DNA from: an uncultured Candidatus Binatia bacterium
GTDB taxonomy: Bacteria; Desulfobacterota; Binatia; Bin18
Reading direction: 5' to 3'
Assembly (NCBI GenBank): GCA_965214605.1
Contig: OZ243961.1
Coordinates: forward strand, 1,696,001 to 1,760,000
DNA: 64,000 nucleotides
Part shown: piece after piece, positions 17,612 through 28,392 of the stretch
Position numbering within the stretch: position 1 is the first letter of the stretch
Layout of the letters: every line of letters starts with the position of its first letter
Position numbers and translations under genes: made by a program
The notes under the pieces: generated by a model
Told to the model about the DNA's origin: nothing
Databases searched by the model: none
What the model saw: only the letters and a program-made list of their open reading frames with translations

Positions 17612-18253
17612 GTGACCACGATAGCGCCGATGCTCACCCTGTCGCACCAGTATGGAAGTGGCGGCAGTCTCATTGCCCGCGAACTCGGTCAGCGACTCGG
17701 CTGGTCAGTCTGGGATAAAGAGATTGTGCAAACGATTGCCTCGCAGCAACATGTTGCCGAAGGGTATGTGGAAAACAAAGACGAGCGGGTTGGCTCGTTC
17801 ATTGAGCGAGTGGTCGGCTTTTTTGGCGTGGGCGGTTTTGAGACCGCCTATAATATTCCCCCGCCGCTGCGCCTGAGTGATACGCAGCTGGCCCGGCTGA
17901 CCCGCGAGCTGATCGAAGACGTCGCCAAACAGGGCAATGCAATCATTGTTGGGCGGGCCGGCAACTGCATTCTAGCCGACCGACCGAACACCTTACACGT
18001 GTTTGTGTTCGCCCCTATGGAGGCTCGTATCAAGCGTGCCATGGAGGTCGAAAAGCTGACCCACTCAGAGGCTGAACGGCGGATTGCCGGCATGGACAAG
18101 CTGCGGACCGAGTATGTGCACAACTGCTATCAGGCCGAATGGCGCGACCCGCAGGGATATCATCTACAACTCGACTCCGGGGAGTGGGGTGAAGACAGGG
18201 TAACCGAGCTGGTGATATGGGCTCTGGAGCATCGGCCGGAGGCCGGGCGCTAG
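17612..18253 (+). CDS. Cytidylate kinase-like family protein
   Basis: LTLSHQYGSGGSLIARELGQRLG..DKEI, GNAIIVGRAGN, YHLQLDS. Confidence 0.82.
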   Translation: MTTIAPMLTLSHQYGSGGSLIARELGQRLGWSVWDKEIVQTIASQQHVAEGYVENKDERVGSFIERVVGFFGVGGFETAYNIPPPLRLSDTQLARLTRELIEDVAKQGNAIIVGRAGNCILADRPNTLHVFVFAPMEARIKRAMEVEKLTHSEAERRIAGMDKLRTEYVHNCYQAEWRDPQGYHLQLDSGEWGEDRVTELVIWALEHRPEAGR

Positions 18254-18561
18254 GCGGGCTCCTCTTCTGCCTTCGGCCATGACTCCTCGCCCGGAGGATT
18301 CGGATGACACTGATAGGAGGTCAGCCCCAGCCCACTCATGTCGGCCGGTGGGGACGAGAGACCGGCCGGGGGCGCAGCCTCCAACCCGGCCTGACCCTTC
18401 TGCTCGGCTTCCGGTATCGCTCGACCGTTTGTGCTGTAGGGGCGCAGTTCGGCAACCGGCTGTCCCTGTCGGACCACAACGAGGGTATGCCCGTTTTCGA
18501 CCTGTTTGAGGTAGCCGCCCAAGCGGGACCGCAGCTGTTTGGTAGTAACTGATTCGTGCAT
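18250..18561 (-). CDS. Phd/YefM-like antitoxin domain protein (orphan)
   Basis: SVTTKQLRSRLGGYLKQVENGHTLVVVRQGQPVAELRP followed by a low-complexity tail. Confidence 0.7.
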   Translation of the reverse strand: MHESVTTKQLRSRLGGYLKQVENGHTLVVVRQGQPVAELRPYSTNGRAIPEAEQKGQAGLEAAPPAGLSSPPADMSGLGLTSYQCHPNPPGEESWPKAEEEPA

Positions 18562-18710
18562 GGTCCCTATTCTCAGCCATCGCAGGACTGGCTGTCAATC
18601 AAGAGTGGCGATCCTAAATTTCCGTCGGGGACAGAGGCCCCCGGCTTGACTCCCCGCCGCCTCAACGGTAGCGGTAGGCCCAGAAACCAACGTGCACCAA
18701 GGGGGTTGGC

Positions 18711-19745
18711 ATGAAACTGGGTATTGGCATTGGCTATTCTGGCGGGCAGGTCCGACTGCCGATGGAACATATTCTTGAGACCGAGCGGCTCGGCTATGAC
18801 TCGGTGTGGAGCGCCGAAGCGTACGGCTCCGATGCGGTTACTCCGCTGGCCTACTTGGCGGCGAAGACGACGCGACTGAAGCTCGGCACTGGCATTATGC
18901 AGCTGGCCGGGCGGACTCCGGCCATGTGTGCCATGACGATGTCAACGCTTGACGCCCTGTCCGAGGGGCGAGTCCTGGTCGGCCTGGGACTGTCGGGTCC
19001 ACAGGTCATTGAGGGCTGGCACGGTATGCCGTACGACAAACCGGTGGCTCGCCTGCGCGAGTATGTTGAGATTCTCCGCAAGATCTGGGCCCGGGAAGAA
19101 CCGGTCACCTTGGACGGCAAAGCGTATCAGTTACCTTACCAGGGGCCTGGGGCGACCGGCCTGGGCAAAGCGCTGAAATCCATCTTGCATACCCGCCAGC
19201 TGCCGGTCTATCTGGCCACCATGCAGCCACGCAGTGTACGACTAACGGCCGAGGTCGCCGACGGCTGGCTGCCAATCTGGTTCTCACCCCAGCGCGTCGG
19301 TATCTACGCCGAGAACATCGAAGAGGGTTTTCGACGCGCCGGGAACGGGAAATCATGGCGGGACTGGGATATTGCGGCCGGTTGTACGGTGATTATCGGC
19401 GATGATGTCAAAGCCTGTCTCGCAAAAATCAAGCCGACCCTGGCGCTGTACGTCGGCGGCATGGGGGCCCGCGGCAAGAATTTTCATAACGAGATGGTCA
19501 CCAACTACGGTTACGGTGAGGCTGCGGCGCGGATTCAGGAGCTGTACCTGGCCGGCCACAAGGCCGAGGCCACGGAAGCGGTACCGGACGAGCTGTGCGA
19601 TGAGCTGTCGCTGTGTGGCCCAGAGGCGCGGATTCGGCAGCGCTTCACGGCCTGGGAAGACGCAGGAGTGACAACACTGTTGGTGTCTTCCCAGCAACGC
19701 GAGGCTTATCATCTGATGGCGGATATTGCCCAGACAAAAAACTGA
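18711..19745 (+). CDS. LLM-class (probably F420-dependent) oxidoreductase
   Basis: GYDSVWSAEAYGSDA, LGTGIMQLAGRTPAM, GLGLSGPQVIEGWHG, ALYVGGMGARGKNFHN. Confidence 0.9.
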   Translation: MKLGIGIGYSGGQVRLPMEHILETERLGYDSVWSAEAYGSDAVTPLAYLAAKTTRLKLGTGIMQLAGRTPAMCAMTMSTLDALSEGRVLVGLGLSGPQVIEGWHGMPYDKPVARLREYVEILRKIWAREEPVTLDGKAYQLPYQGPGATGLGKALKSILHTRQLPVYLATMQPRSVRLTAEVADGWLPIWFSPQRVGIYAENIEEGFRRAGNGKSWRDWDIAAGCTVIIGDDVKACLAKIKPTLALYVGGMGARGKNFHNEMVTNYGYGEAAARIQELYLAGHKAEATEAVPDELCDELSLCGPEARIRQRFTAWEDAGVTTLLVSSQQREAYHLMADIAQTKN

Positions 19746-19763
19746 CGAGCAAGGAGCAGCCCT

Positions 19764-20636
19764 ATGAGCGAAACCATCTCGGCCAAGGACCTCTACCAAC
19801 GCAAACGGATCGCTGTGCTGGACAGCGACATGGCCTATGTTGATACCGGCTCGGGCGATCCGGTCGTCTTCTTACACGGCAACCCAACCTCGTCGTATTT
19901 GTGGCGGAATGTGATTCCGTCGGTAGCACCTGCCCGTCGCTGCCTGGCTCCGGACCTGATCGGTATGGGCGATTCGGGGAAAAATCCGGCCGGTTCGTAC
20001 CGTTTTGTAGATCACGCCCGCTATCTGGACGCCTGGTTTGAAGCCCTCGGGCTGACAGACAACGTCACCCTCGTTGTGCATGACTGGGGCTCGGCCTTGG
20101 GATTTTACTGGGCGCATCGCCATCCGGACCGCATCAAGGCACTGGCCTATATGGAGGCCGTTGTCCAGCCCCTGACCTGGGACACTTGGCCGGAAGCCGC
20201 GCGCCAGATCTTTCAGGCTCTGCGCTCGCCAGCCGGGGAAGAAATTGTGCTGCAAAAAAATACCTTTGTTGAACGTATTCTGCCGGCCAGTGTGATCCGG
20301 GGGCTGACCGATGAAGAAATGACGGTCTATCGACGTCCGTATCTGGAAGCGGGCGAGTCTCGGCGGCCGACCCTGACCTGGCCGCGCCAGATTCCGATTG
20401 ACGGCGAACCGGCCGATGTGACCCAGATTGTCGACGCCTACGCCGCCTGGCTGTCACGGAGTACTATCCCTAAGCTGTTTGTGAATGCCGACCCGGGTGT
20501 TATCCTGACCGGCCCGCAGCGCGAGTTCTGTCGAAGTTGGCCGAATCAAAAAGAGGTGACGGTCAAAGGGCTCCATTTTGTACAGGAAGACTCGCCAGCC
20601 GAGATCGGTCAAGCGATTGCCGAGCTCTTAGCCTAA
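19764..20636 (+). CDS. Haloalkane dehalogenase (LinB/DhaA-like)
   Basis: [46 protein letters not shown]. Confidence 0.92.
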   Translation: MSETISAKDLYQRKRIAVLDSDMAYVDTGSGDPVVFLHGNPTSSYLWRNVIPSVAPARRCLAPDLIGMGDSGKNPAGSYRFVDHARYLDAWFEALGLTDNVTLVVHDWGSALGFYWAHRHPDRIKALAYMEAVVQPLTWDTWPEAARQIFQALRSPAGEEIVLQKNTFVERILPASVIRGLTDEEMTVYRRPYLEAGESRRPTLTWPRQIPIDGEPADVTQIVDAYAAWLSRSTIPKLFVNADPGVILTGPQREFCRSWPNQKEVTVKGLHFVQEDSPAEIGQAIAELLA

Positions 20637-20647
20637 CGGAGGGCAGG

Positions 20648-21442
20648 ATGGACTATTCCACCATCACGTTTGAGGTTCAGGATAGGATTGCCACGGTCAG
20701 GCTAAATCGACCGGATAATGCCAACGCGCTCAATATCGACATGTCCAGAGAACTCATGCAGGCGGCGATCCGGTGTAGTGAAGATCGGGCGATTCGGGCG
20801 GTGCTGCTGACCGGTACAGGCCGGATGTTCTGTGCTGGCGGAGACTTGAAGAGCTTTGCGAGGCACGGACGCGGGGCGTCACTGGCCAGCCACCTCAAGG
20901 AGGTCACCAGCTATCTGCACAGTGCGGTGTCGCGCTTTCTGCGCATGGATCCGCCGCTGATCGGCGTCATCAACGGGATAGCAGCCGGTGCAGGGATGAG
21001 CATCGCGTGTGCGTGTGATCTCGTCCTGGCCGCCGAGTCGTCCAAATTTACCATGGCCTATACGAGGGCCGGTTTAACCCCCGACGGGTCTTCGACCTAT
21101 TTCTTATCCCGGGCGGTGGGGATGAAACGTGCCACAGAACTCGTCCTGACCAACCGCACGCTCTCGGCCCAGGAAGCCTACGAGTGGGGTATTGTCAATC
21201 AGGTCGTCCCGGACGCCGGGCTGATGAGCCGAGCCACCGAGCTTGCCACCTCGCTGGCTGCCGGAGCGACCGGCGCGTTTGGCGCGGCCAAACGTCTGCT
21301 GCATAACGGCTGGACCGAAACAGTGGAAACCCAGATGGAACTGGAAGCCCAGGCCATCGCCGCCCGGGCCCACACGGCCGACGGGCATGAGGGGATCCAG
21401 GCCTTTTTAGAAAAACGAGCTCCCGGTTTTCATGGGAAATAA
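20648..21442 (+). CDS. Enoyl-CoA hydratase/isomerase family protein
   Basis: LNRPDNANAL, FCAGGDL, AAGAGMS, GLTPDGSSTYFL, EGIQAFLEKR. Confidence 0.9.
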   Translation: MDYSTITFEVQDRIATVRLNRPDNANALNIDMSRELMQAAIRCSEDRAIRAVLLTGTGRMFCAGGDLKSFARHGRGASLASHLKEVTSYLHSAVSRFLRMDPPLIGVINGIAAGAGMSIACACDLVLAAESSKFTMAYTRAGLTPDGSSTYFLSRAVGMKRATELVLTNRTLSAQEAYEWGIVNQVVPDAGLMSRATELATSLAAGATGAFGAAKRLLHNGWTETVETQMELEAQAIAARAHTADGHEGIQAFLEKRAPGFHGK

Positions 21443-21453
21443 GGAGTCTGGTT

Positions 21454-22599
21454 GTGTACAGTTTCGATCTCAGTCCGGAACAACGGCAGCTCAAAGAGAC
21501 CGCGCATCGTTTTGCGGTCGAAGAAATCGTCCCCGTTGCCGCAGAGTACGATAAGAAAGAAGAGCTGCCGCTTGCAGTCTGCCACAAAGCCTGGGAACTC
21601 GGTTTTCTCAATCCTCAAATCCCGACCGAATACGGAGGTCTGGGCCTGGGAGTGATGGATACCTGCCTCATTGACGAAGAAATGATTTATGGATGTGCCG
21701 GTATCGCCCTCAACATGGTGGCCAACAACTTGGCCATCCTGCCGCTGCTGATTGCGGGCGATACCGACCAAAAGAAGCGGTATTTAGGTCAGCTGGTCGA
21801 AGAGCCAAGTTTTGCCGCCTTTGCCCTAACCGAGCCTGGGGCCGGCTCCGACGCCGCCGGCATCTCGACTAGCTATCGCAAAAGTGGCGATGAGTTCGTT
21901 CTCAACGGCACCAAGCACTTCATCACCAACGGCACGATTGCCAACTGGTACGTGGTGTTCGCGACCCACGACAAAGATCGCAAACACGGGGGGATTTCGT
22001 GTTTTGTGCTACCGTCCGATACGCCCGGTATTACCGCCAATCGGATGCATCACAAGATGGGCCAGCGCGCCTCAGACACGGCCGAGATTGTGCTTGAGGA
22101 GGTACACGTACCGCGCATCGGGCTCGTCGGCGCAGAGGGGGCGGGCTTTAAGGTGGCGATGCACACCTTTGATCACAGCCGTCCTGAGGTCGGCGCGTTT
22201 TCGATCGGTATCTCCCAGCGGGCTCTGGATGAGTCGCTGAAATACGCCCAGCAACGCGAGGCCTTTGGCAAAGCCATCGCAAATTTTCAGGCCATTCAGT
22301 TCATGCTGGCAGATATGGCGATTGAGTTAGAAGCCATGCGGCTGCTGACCTATAAAGCGGCCTGGATGCTTGACCAGGGGGCGCAGTCCTCGATTGTGTC
22401 CAGCTATGCCAAAGCCTTTGGTGCTGATCGAACGATGCAAATCACCACCAACGCGGTCCAGATCTTTGGCGGCTATGGCTACCTGGGCGAGTACCCGGTT
22501 GAGAAGCTGATGCGCGACGCCAAGCTACTCCAGATCTACGAGGGCACCTCGCAGATTCAGCGTGTGGTTATTGCCCGGCATTTGCTGAGAGGCCACTAG
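21454..22599 (+). CDS. Acyl-CoA dehydrogenase
   Basis: FALTEPGAGSD, LNGTKHFITNG, KMGQRASDT, QIFGGYGY, RDAKLLQIYEGTSQIQR. Confidence 0.93.
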   Translation: MYSFDLSPEQRQLKETAHRFAVEEIVPVAAEYDKKEELPLAVCHKAWELGFLNPQIPTEYGGLGLGVMDTCLIDEEMIYGCAGIALNMVANNLAILPLLIAGDTDQKKRYLGQLVEEPSFAAFALTEPGAGSDAAGISTSYRKSGDEFVLNGTKHFITNGTIANWYVVFATHDKDRKHGGISCFVLPSDTPGITANRMHHKMGQRASDTAEIVLEEVHVPRIGLVGAEGAGFKVAMHTFDHSRPEVGAFSIGISQRALDESLKYAQQREAFGKAIANFQAIQFMLADMAIELEAMRLLTYKAAWMLDQGAQSSIVSSYAKAFGADRTMQITTNAVQIFGGYGYLGEYPVEKLMRDAKLLQIYEGTSQIQRVVIARHLLRGH

Positions 22600-22714
22600 C
22601 CACCCTAGCAGCATTGCTTCAGACTGTACCAACTATGCCAACGGCACCATCAGGACTAGGGGTTCCACGGAGGAGCCTGTCAGCCACAAACTTTTGGAGA
22701 GGAGCACCCCAACC

Positions 22715-23368
22715 ATGGCCGAAGAAATGGGTATTTTTGAGACTATGTATAGCATGCGGGCGATGCGTCGCCTCAAACCCGATCCGATTCCTCTGGAGAC
22801 GATCCGCAAAATCCTGGAAGCGGGCACTCAAGCCCCGAGCGGCCAGAACTTACAGGGCTGGGCGTTTGTCCTGCTGCAAGAGCCGGACAAAAAAAAGTTC
22901 TTTCAGGAACGCTATCATAAAGCCATCCTCGACCGCTTCGGCGACAATATGAAACCCGATCCCAATGACACCTCCGCATGGGCACGCACGGTGCGCTCGG
23001 CCCTCCATCTGGCTGAACACATGCACGAGGCGCCGGTCCTGCTGCTGGTATGTGGCAAACGCGACTGGCCGTTTGCCGTGCCCAAAGAAAAGCGGGTCGG
23101 CCACGCGCCGCCGTCCTACGGTTCAATCTATCCGTGTGTCCAGAACATTCTGTTAGCCTGTCGCGCCCTAGGGCTGGGGGCCAGCCTGACGACTATGCAC
23201 CAGATGTTTGAAGCTGAGTTGCGCGAACAGACCGGCATTCCCGACGACTACGGCGTGGTGGCGACCATTCCGATCGGTTTTCCCAGAGGGAAGTTCGGTC
23301 CGGTGAAGCGCCGGCCTGCGTCCGAGGTGACCCATTTTGACACCTGGGGTCGGCACCAACCCTCCTAA
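22715..23368 (+). CDS. Nitroreductase family protein
   Basis: RAMRRLKPDPIP, APSGQNLQGW, SIYPCVQNILLACRALGLG, IPIGFP. Confidence 0.88.
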   Translation: MAEEMGIFETMYSMRAMRRLKPDPIPLETIRKILEAGTQAPSGQNLQGWAFVLLQEPDKKKFFQERYHKAILDRFGDNMKPDPNDTSAWARTVRSALHLAEHMHEAPVLLLVCGKRDWPFAVPKEKRVGHAPPSYGSIYPCVQNILLACRALGLGASLTTMHQMFEAELREQTGIPDDYGVVATIPIGFPRGKFGPVKRRPASEVTHFDTWGRHQPS

Positions 23369-23384
23369 ACGGGAGCGCGTCGCC

Positions 23385-24401
23385 ATGAAGCACGCGATGT
23401 TTCTGCCCTACGACACCCCTGACACCATGATCGAGTGGGCGCGCAGGCTTGAGCAGGCCGGCTTTGACTCTGTCTGGCAGGGAGAACTCACCAACTCGGC
23501 TCTGCTCCCGTTGGCCGCAGTGGCCCCGGCCGTCAAGCAGATTAAACTCGGCGCCGGGGTGGTCCTCGCCTTTACCCACAGTCCGGTCATGCTCGCCTTT
23601 GAGGCCCTGGACCTGGACTATTTCAGCCACGGCCGGTTTGTCCTAGGTCTCGGCGTAGCCCATCCGAACCGCAACAATAACTGGTATGCGGGCTACGACG
23701 CGGGCAAGCCGGTCAGTCAGATGCGGGAGTATATCGAGGTCGTGCGTCTGGTGATGGACACAGCTCAGCAGGGCGGCAGTATCGAATACGACGGCAAATT
23801 TTACCAGATTAAGGCGCGCAATTTTTTTGGCCGTTCGACGCTCCAGCCGCGTTCTCGCATACCGATCTATATTGCGGCGGTCAAACCCCGCATGGCCGCT
23901 CTAACCGGCGAGATCGCCGACGGCTTGGTTGGCAACCCGATGTTCTCGCCCAAACACGTCGGCGACAATATCGTGCCCGGCCTTGCCACCGGCCTACGCA
24001 AAGTCGGCCGTCGGCGCTCGGACGTCGAGGTTCTGGGTCAGTGTTTTGCGGTAGTGGATGACGACCTCGCGACCGCCTACCGAGTGGGCGCCGGAGCCAT
24101 GCTGTTTAGCATTTGGGCGATGATTTATGACGATATTTTTGCCGCTCACGGTTTTGCCGAAACCGTGGCTCAGGTCCGCGCTACCCAGCGCACCCCGCAA
24201 CGTATGGACGCAATTGACCTCATTCCCAAGGATATGGTGGACGCCTTTTGCGCGGTCGGGCCGGTTGATCGAGTCCGGGCTAAGGTTGATGAGCGCGAGG
24301 GCTTGCTCGATACGGTCATTGTTGCCGTGCCGAATACCGGCACGACGGCTGAGCAGCGCGATCACTACCGGAATAAGCTGATTGAGGCCTTCTCGGCCTA
24401 G
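23385..24401 (+). CDS. LLM-class flavin-dependent oxidoreductase
   Basis: EQAGFDSVW, GRFVLGLG, IPIYIAA, GEIADG. Confidence 0.85.
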   Translation: MKHAMFLPYDTPDTMIEWARRLEQAGFDSVWQGELTNSALLPLAAVAPAVKQIKLGAGVVLAFTHSPVMLAFEALDLDYFSHGRFVLGLGVAHPNRNNNWYAGYDAGKPVSQMREYIEVVRLVMDTAQQGGSIEYDGKFYQIKARNFFGRSTLQPRSRIPIYIAAVKPRMAALTGEIADGLVGNPMFSPKHVGDNIVPGLATGLRKVGRRRSDVEVLGQCFAVVDDDLATAYRVGAGAMLFSIWAMIYDDIFAAHGFAETVAQVRATQRTPQRMDAIDLIPKDMVDAFCAVGPVDRVRAKVDEREGLLDTVIVAVPNTGTTAEQRDHYRNKLIEAFSA

Positions 24402-24964
24402 AGACCCTCGGGAGCTCGGCCGCGCCGAACAGTGTAATTTCAGACATGCATGTCTGATGTTGTTGGCGAAAAGGCGCAGCTTTTCTGGTCGCGCTAGTGT
24501 AAGACACAGGGGCGGCCGGGCACCTCCACGATCTCCTGCGTCTGCTGCCCACCCTTCAGCTAATCAACCAGAACATCAACATCAACCAGGAGTTGGGCGC
24601 GGGCCGCCTATACCTCCTCTGTCGGTCAGCCAAAACCGCCCCAGAGCTATGAGGGTCGCAGTCCCTGAGTGGGTTCACATGGGACCCGCCTTTCCACATC
24701 CGAAATTCGCGTTCTTGTAGAGGGAGAGCCTGAGCGAAATAGTGGTCAGTGACCGGCTGAGGAACGCGGTGCTGCTTGCCAATATGGGACCGCCGGGCTT
24801 TGCTGCTTGGCGAGCCGCAGACCCCCTCGGCTCAGAGTGTGGACACCTCGACGGATTCCTACGGTATGGACTCCAGGGTAAGAAACGGTTTTTTGCATAT
24901 TTCTCGTTCAGTATTTGGAGGAGATTCGGTATTTTTCCGTCCTATAGAAAAGTGGTGGTGCGTG

Positions 24965-26347
24965 TCAGATTCGTACCCGTGCCCAGCTTCCGGTCTCCCA
25001 GCTCCAGACAAAGACTGCGGACTGAATCAAGTGATAGCCGATGTTGAGATTCCAAATCGCCAACAGTCCCAGGCCAAACGCCGTGCTGAGCAGAAACGCC
25101 AGGGGCAGAAAGAAACACCACTGCAGCCCCAGGGAAATCACCATCACCCGCCGGCTGTGACCCGCCCCGTAATGGGCGTTCATCAACACCATGCCGATGA
25201 CCTCAAACGCCATGGTGGCGGCGGTAAGCTGCAGCGGCAGGCGGGCCAGGCCAAGCGTCGTCGGATCGCGCAAGAAGAGGCCCAGAAACACATCCGGGAC
25301 GAGCACGGCCGGCAACGCCAGCAACCCCACGCACACCATCGCCAGACGGACCACCTGCCAGGCCCAGACCCGCGCCTCATCAACCGCGCCGGCTCCCAGC
25401 GCCTGGCCGACCAGCGAGGCGGCCGCCAGGCCAAAGCCGTTGGTGAGCAACATCCACAACAGCAGGAAATTCGACAACACATGTCCGGCCGCCAACTCGG
25501 CCGTGCCAATCGTACCCAGAATCCAGAAGAACAGCGTCATGCCCAAGGCAAAGAAAACGTGCTGGATGCCGGCCGGGGCCGACACGCGGATCAGCGTCCA
25601 CAGGATTGCCCGGTCCGGCCGACGGACGAGAAAGCCGCCATCTCGGGCGCGCCGGTAGGCGGTCAACAGGTAGGCGAGCGAGCCGATTGATACCGCCGTC
25701 GTCGTCCCAATTCCGGCCCCGAACACGCCCAGTGCCGGCGCACCCAGGTTGCCGAATATCAACACCCAGTTCAGAAAGATATTCGTCACGTTCATGAGGA
25801 TGATCGTGCGCATATAAATCGCCGACAGATTGACCGCATTCCAGTAACCACGAAACACAAAATTCGTTCCCATCGCCGTCAGGCCGACCAGTCGGGCCTG
25901 GAGGTAGAGGGTACCCTGACTGGCGACAGCGGCATCTTGGCTGAGGAGCGGAAAGAAACGGGGGGCGACAAAGATGAGCCAGATCGACAACGGAACCCCC
26001 AGCAGCAGGACTAGCAGCAGTCCGCCGTTTAAGGGCACGGCAATCTCGCGTTGGCGGCCCGCCCCCAGCCAGCGTGCTGAAGTAGCCTGTACGCCGGTTG
26101 AGATACCGAGGATAAACGCGCCACAGGTAAAGGTGGTAAACCCGGCCAGCCCGACCGCGGCCAGTGCCTCATCGCCCAACGAGCCGACCATAGCCGTATC
26201 GACCAGGTTCATAATGTTCTGGGACACCATGCCGCCCATGATGGGCAGAGCGAGAGTGAGGATGCGGCGCCAACGAGAGAGAAACTGGGCAGAGACGTCT
26301 TGCGGAGAAGAATCAGCGTACAAAGGGGGACTTTCAGTTACACACAC
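24965..26347 (-). CDS. MATE family efflux transporter
   Basis: LALPIMGGMVSQNIMNLVDTAMVGSLG, NIFLNWVLIFGNLGAPALGVFGAG; about 12 hydrophobic segments. Confidence 0.9.
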   Translation of the reverse strand: MCVTESPPLYADSSPQDVSAQFLSRWRRILTLALPIMGGMVSQNIMNLVDTAMVGSLGDEALAAVGLAGFTTFTCGAFILGISTGVQATSARWLGAGRQREIAVPLNGGLLLVLLLGVPLSIWLIFVAPRFFPLLSQDAAVASQGTLYLQARLVGLTAMGTNFVFRGYWNAVNLSAIYMRTIILMNVTNIFLNWVLIFGNLGAPALGVFGAGIGTTTAVSIGSLAYLLTAYRRARDGGFLVRRPDRAILWTLIRVSAPAGIQHVFFALGMTLFFWILGTIGTAELAAGHVLSNFLLLWMLLTNGFGLAAASLVGQALGAGAVDEARVWAWQVVRLAMVCVGLLALPAVLVPDVFLGLFLRDPTTLGLARLPLQLTAATMAFEVIGMVLMNAHYGAGHSRRVMVISLGLQWCFFLPLAFLLSTAFGLGLLAIWNLNIGYHLIQSAVFVWSWETGSWARVRI

Positions 26348-26539
26348 GTGAGGAGCTGACAGCGGATTTTGACTACCACGTCAGGGAGGGTCTGGATAGG
26401 GGCCGCGCAGATCCTACGACACCAGGAAGTGCTCCAACTCCTCGCCTCGGGCAGGAGGCTGAGACAATCCCCTAGCAGGCGGATCTCCCCTCCCTTTTTT
26501 TGGCCGTGGCTGTTAGACAGACAGGGGAGCGAGTCAATC

Positions 26540-27435
26540 ATGAGGCAGAGGCTGCGGAACTCTTGGGATATCGCCCGTGCCAGTTCACGCCTAGGCAAAA
26601 AGCCGCTGGCAAGTCGGGGGCCCGACCAAGATCTGGTTGTTTTTCGAAACGCGACTGGCCAAACCCACGCCTTATTCGACCGCTGTTCTCATCGCGGAGT
26701 GCGCTTATCGCTCTGGGTCGGCTGACTGCCGAAAGCCTGGCGTGTTCCTACTCATAGCTGGCACGACGACGAGACGGGACCGTGCATACATATTCCATCG
26801 CTGTCTGCAGACCGTATTATCCCGGCAGGGATCGCTGCTCCATTCTTTAGTTTGCCAAGAGCAGGAGGGAGGGCTAGGGATTCCTCATTTCAAGCAGCAT
26901 CACCCGGGCATCAAGGCCCAATACTCATACAGGGCGCAGCCATGAAAATCATGGGGAACACCCTTGATGTCCGCCACGTGCCGTTCATTCACCGCTGGAC
27001 CCATCCCTATGCCGACCGGTTCCTGCGGTTTTATTGAGGGCAGCTATAAGATCCGTCTTATCGAACGGGGGATGGTGCTGTTCGTTCCCCCCACCCCCGC
27101 CGCTCCCATTCCTAAAGCGGCCCAAAGTGCTGCTAGGCTTCGAGCTGCCCGACCGGATGCCGATCGAGCTGTGCGGAAGCCGTTTCACATGATCGCCATC
27201 ATGCACGCTCTTCCGACCGGACCAAACAACCGTCGTTTTGAGTGGCTGGGAACCACAATCCTGCCGTTTGGGCGGCGAGCTTCCTAGCGGCGCAGGGGAC
27301 AGTTCCTCTTTCATCAAGACCAGCGTGTCGTCGAGAGCGCCCAGCCGTGGTATGACCAGGCCCAGGAGCAGTTTGAGCGCAGCGTGCAGGCAGAGATGCC
27401 TCGACCGTAATTGGCCCGCCGCATTGTCGGGCTAG
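26540..27435 (+). pseudogene. Degraded Rieske non-heme iron oxygenase alpha subunit
   Basis: LVVFRNATGQTHALFDRCSHRGVRLS, CIHIPSL and GNTLDVRHVPFIHRWTH fall in different frames with stops; end approximate. Confidence 0.75.
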
Positions 27436-27522
27436 ACGCGGGCCACGGGTGGGAACAAACGCCTCGGGGCCCAACGCGGCGGCGGGTTGTTGCGGTCCGG
27501 GCTTAACGGATAAGGAGTCGGT

Positions 27523-28392
27523 ATGACAGACACGATTGGTCTTCTCCATCCTGGAGAGATGGGAGCAACGGTTGGAGCGGCCGCCCAACTGAACGGCGGG
27601 CGGGTGGTATGGGGCTCAGACGGGCGTGGTCCCCAGACCCGAAGCCGGGCCGAGGAAGCACGGCTAACCGATGTGGGCTCCTTGCCCGCGCTAGTGGCAC
27701 ACAGCCATATTATTTTCAGCGTATGTCCACCTCACGCTGCAACCGAGCTAGCCCACGCCGTCGCCGGCCAGCACTTCTCGGGCGTTTATGTTGACGCCAA
27801 TGCCGTCTCTCCCACGACCAGCCGAGACGTCCGCCGGATTGTCGAAGCGGAAGGGGCGAGCTTTGTCGACGGCGGTATCATCGGCCCGCCGGCTCTGAAA
27901 CCGGGCACGACTCGTCTGTATCTGTCCGGCGCCGAGTCCACACGGGTAGCGGCCTGTTTTCGTCATGGCCCGCTTGACGCGTATGTCCTTGACGCTCCGC
28001 CAGGGGCGGCCTCGGCACTCAAAATGACGTATGCGGCCTATACCAAGGGCACGGCCGCCCTGTTGATTGCGATTCGGACCTTGGCCATGCATGAGGGCGT
28101 TGACGCGGCGTTGATCCGTGAGTGGGAACTGTCACAGACCGAGTTGCCGGGCCGTTCGGCCGGCGCAGTGCGGGCCAACGCCAGGAAAGCCTGGCGTTTC
28201 AGTGGCGAGATGGAAGAGATTGCCGACACCTTTGCGGCTGCGGACCTGCCGGACGGTTTCCACCGTGCCGCAGCCGAAGTCTACCGTCGCATGTCCGAGT
28301 ATAAAGATGCGCCTTCCCCACCTTCGGTTGAAGAGGCCGCAGCCAAGGTATTGAGACGGGGACGGCCTCCGTGGAATAAAAACTCCACCTGA
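27523..28392 (+). CDS. NAD(P)-dependent oxidoreductase with DUF1932-like domain
   Basis: IGLLHPGEMG, YVDANAVSP, FVDGGIIGPP, ASALKMTYAAYTKG, KAWRFSGEMEEIA. Confidence 0.85.
   Translation: MTDTIGLLHPGEMGATVGAAAQLNGGRVVWGSDGRGPQTRSRAEEARLTDVGSLPALVAHSHIIFSVCPPHAATELAHAVAGQHFSGVYVDANAVSPTTSRDVRRIVEAEGASFVDGGIIGPPALKPGTTRLYLSGAESTRVAACFRHGPLDAYVLDAPPGAASALKMTYAAYTKGTAALLIAIRTLAMHEGVDAALIREWELSQTELPGRSAGAVRANARKAWRFSGEMEEIADTFAAADLPDGFHRAAAEVYRRMSEYKDAPSPPSVEEAAAKVLRRGRPPWNKNST

Noticed and set aside
24402-24964. Long intergenic region with short CATCAAC/ATCAACCAG repeats
   Set aside because: Repeats are too short and irregular to support an array or ncRNA call.
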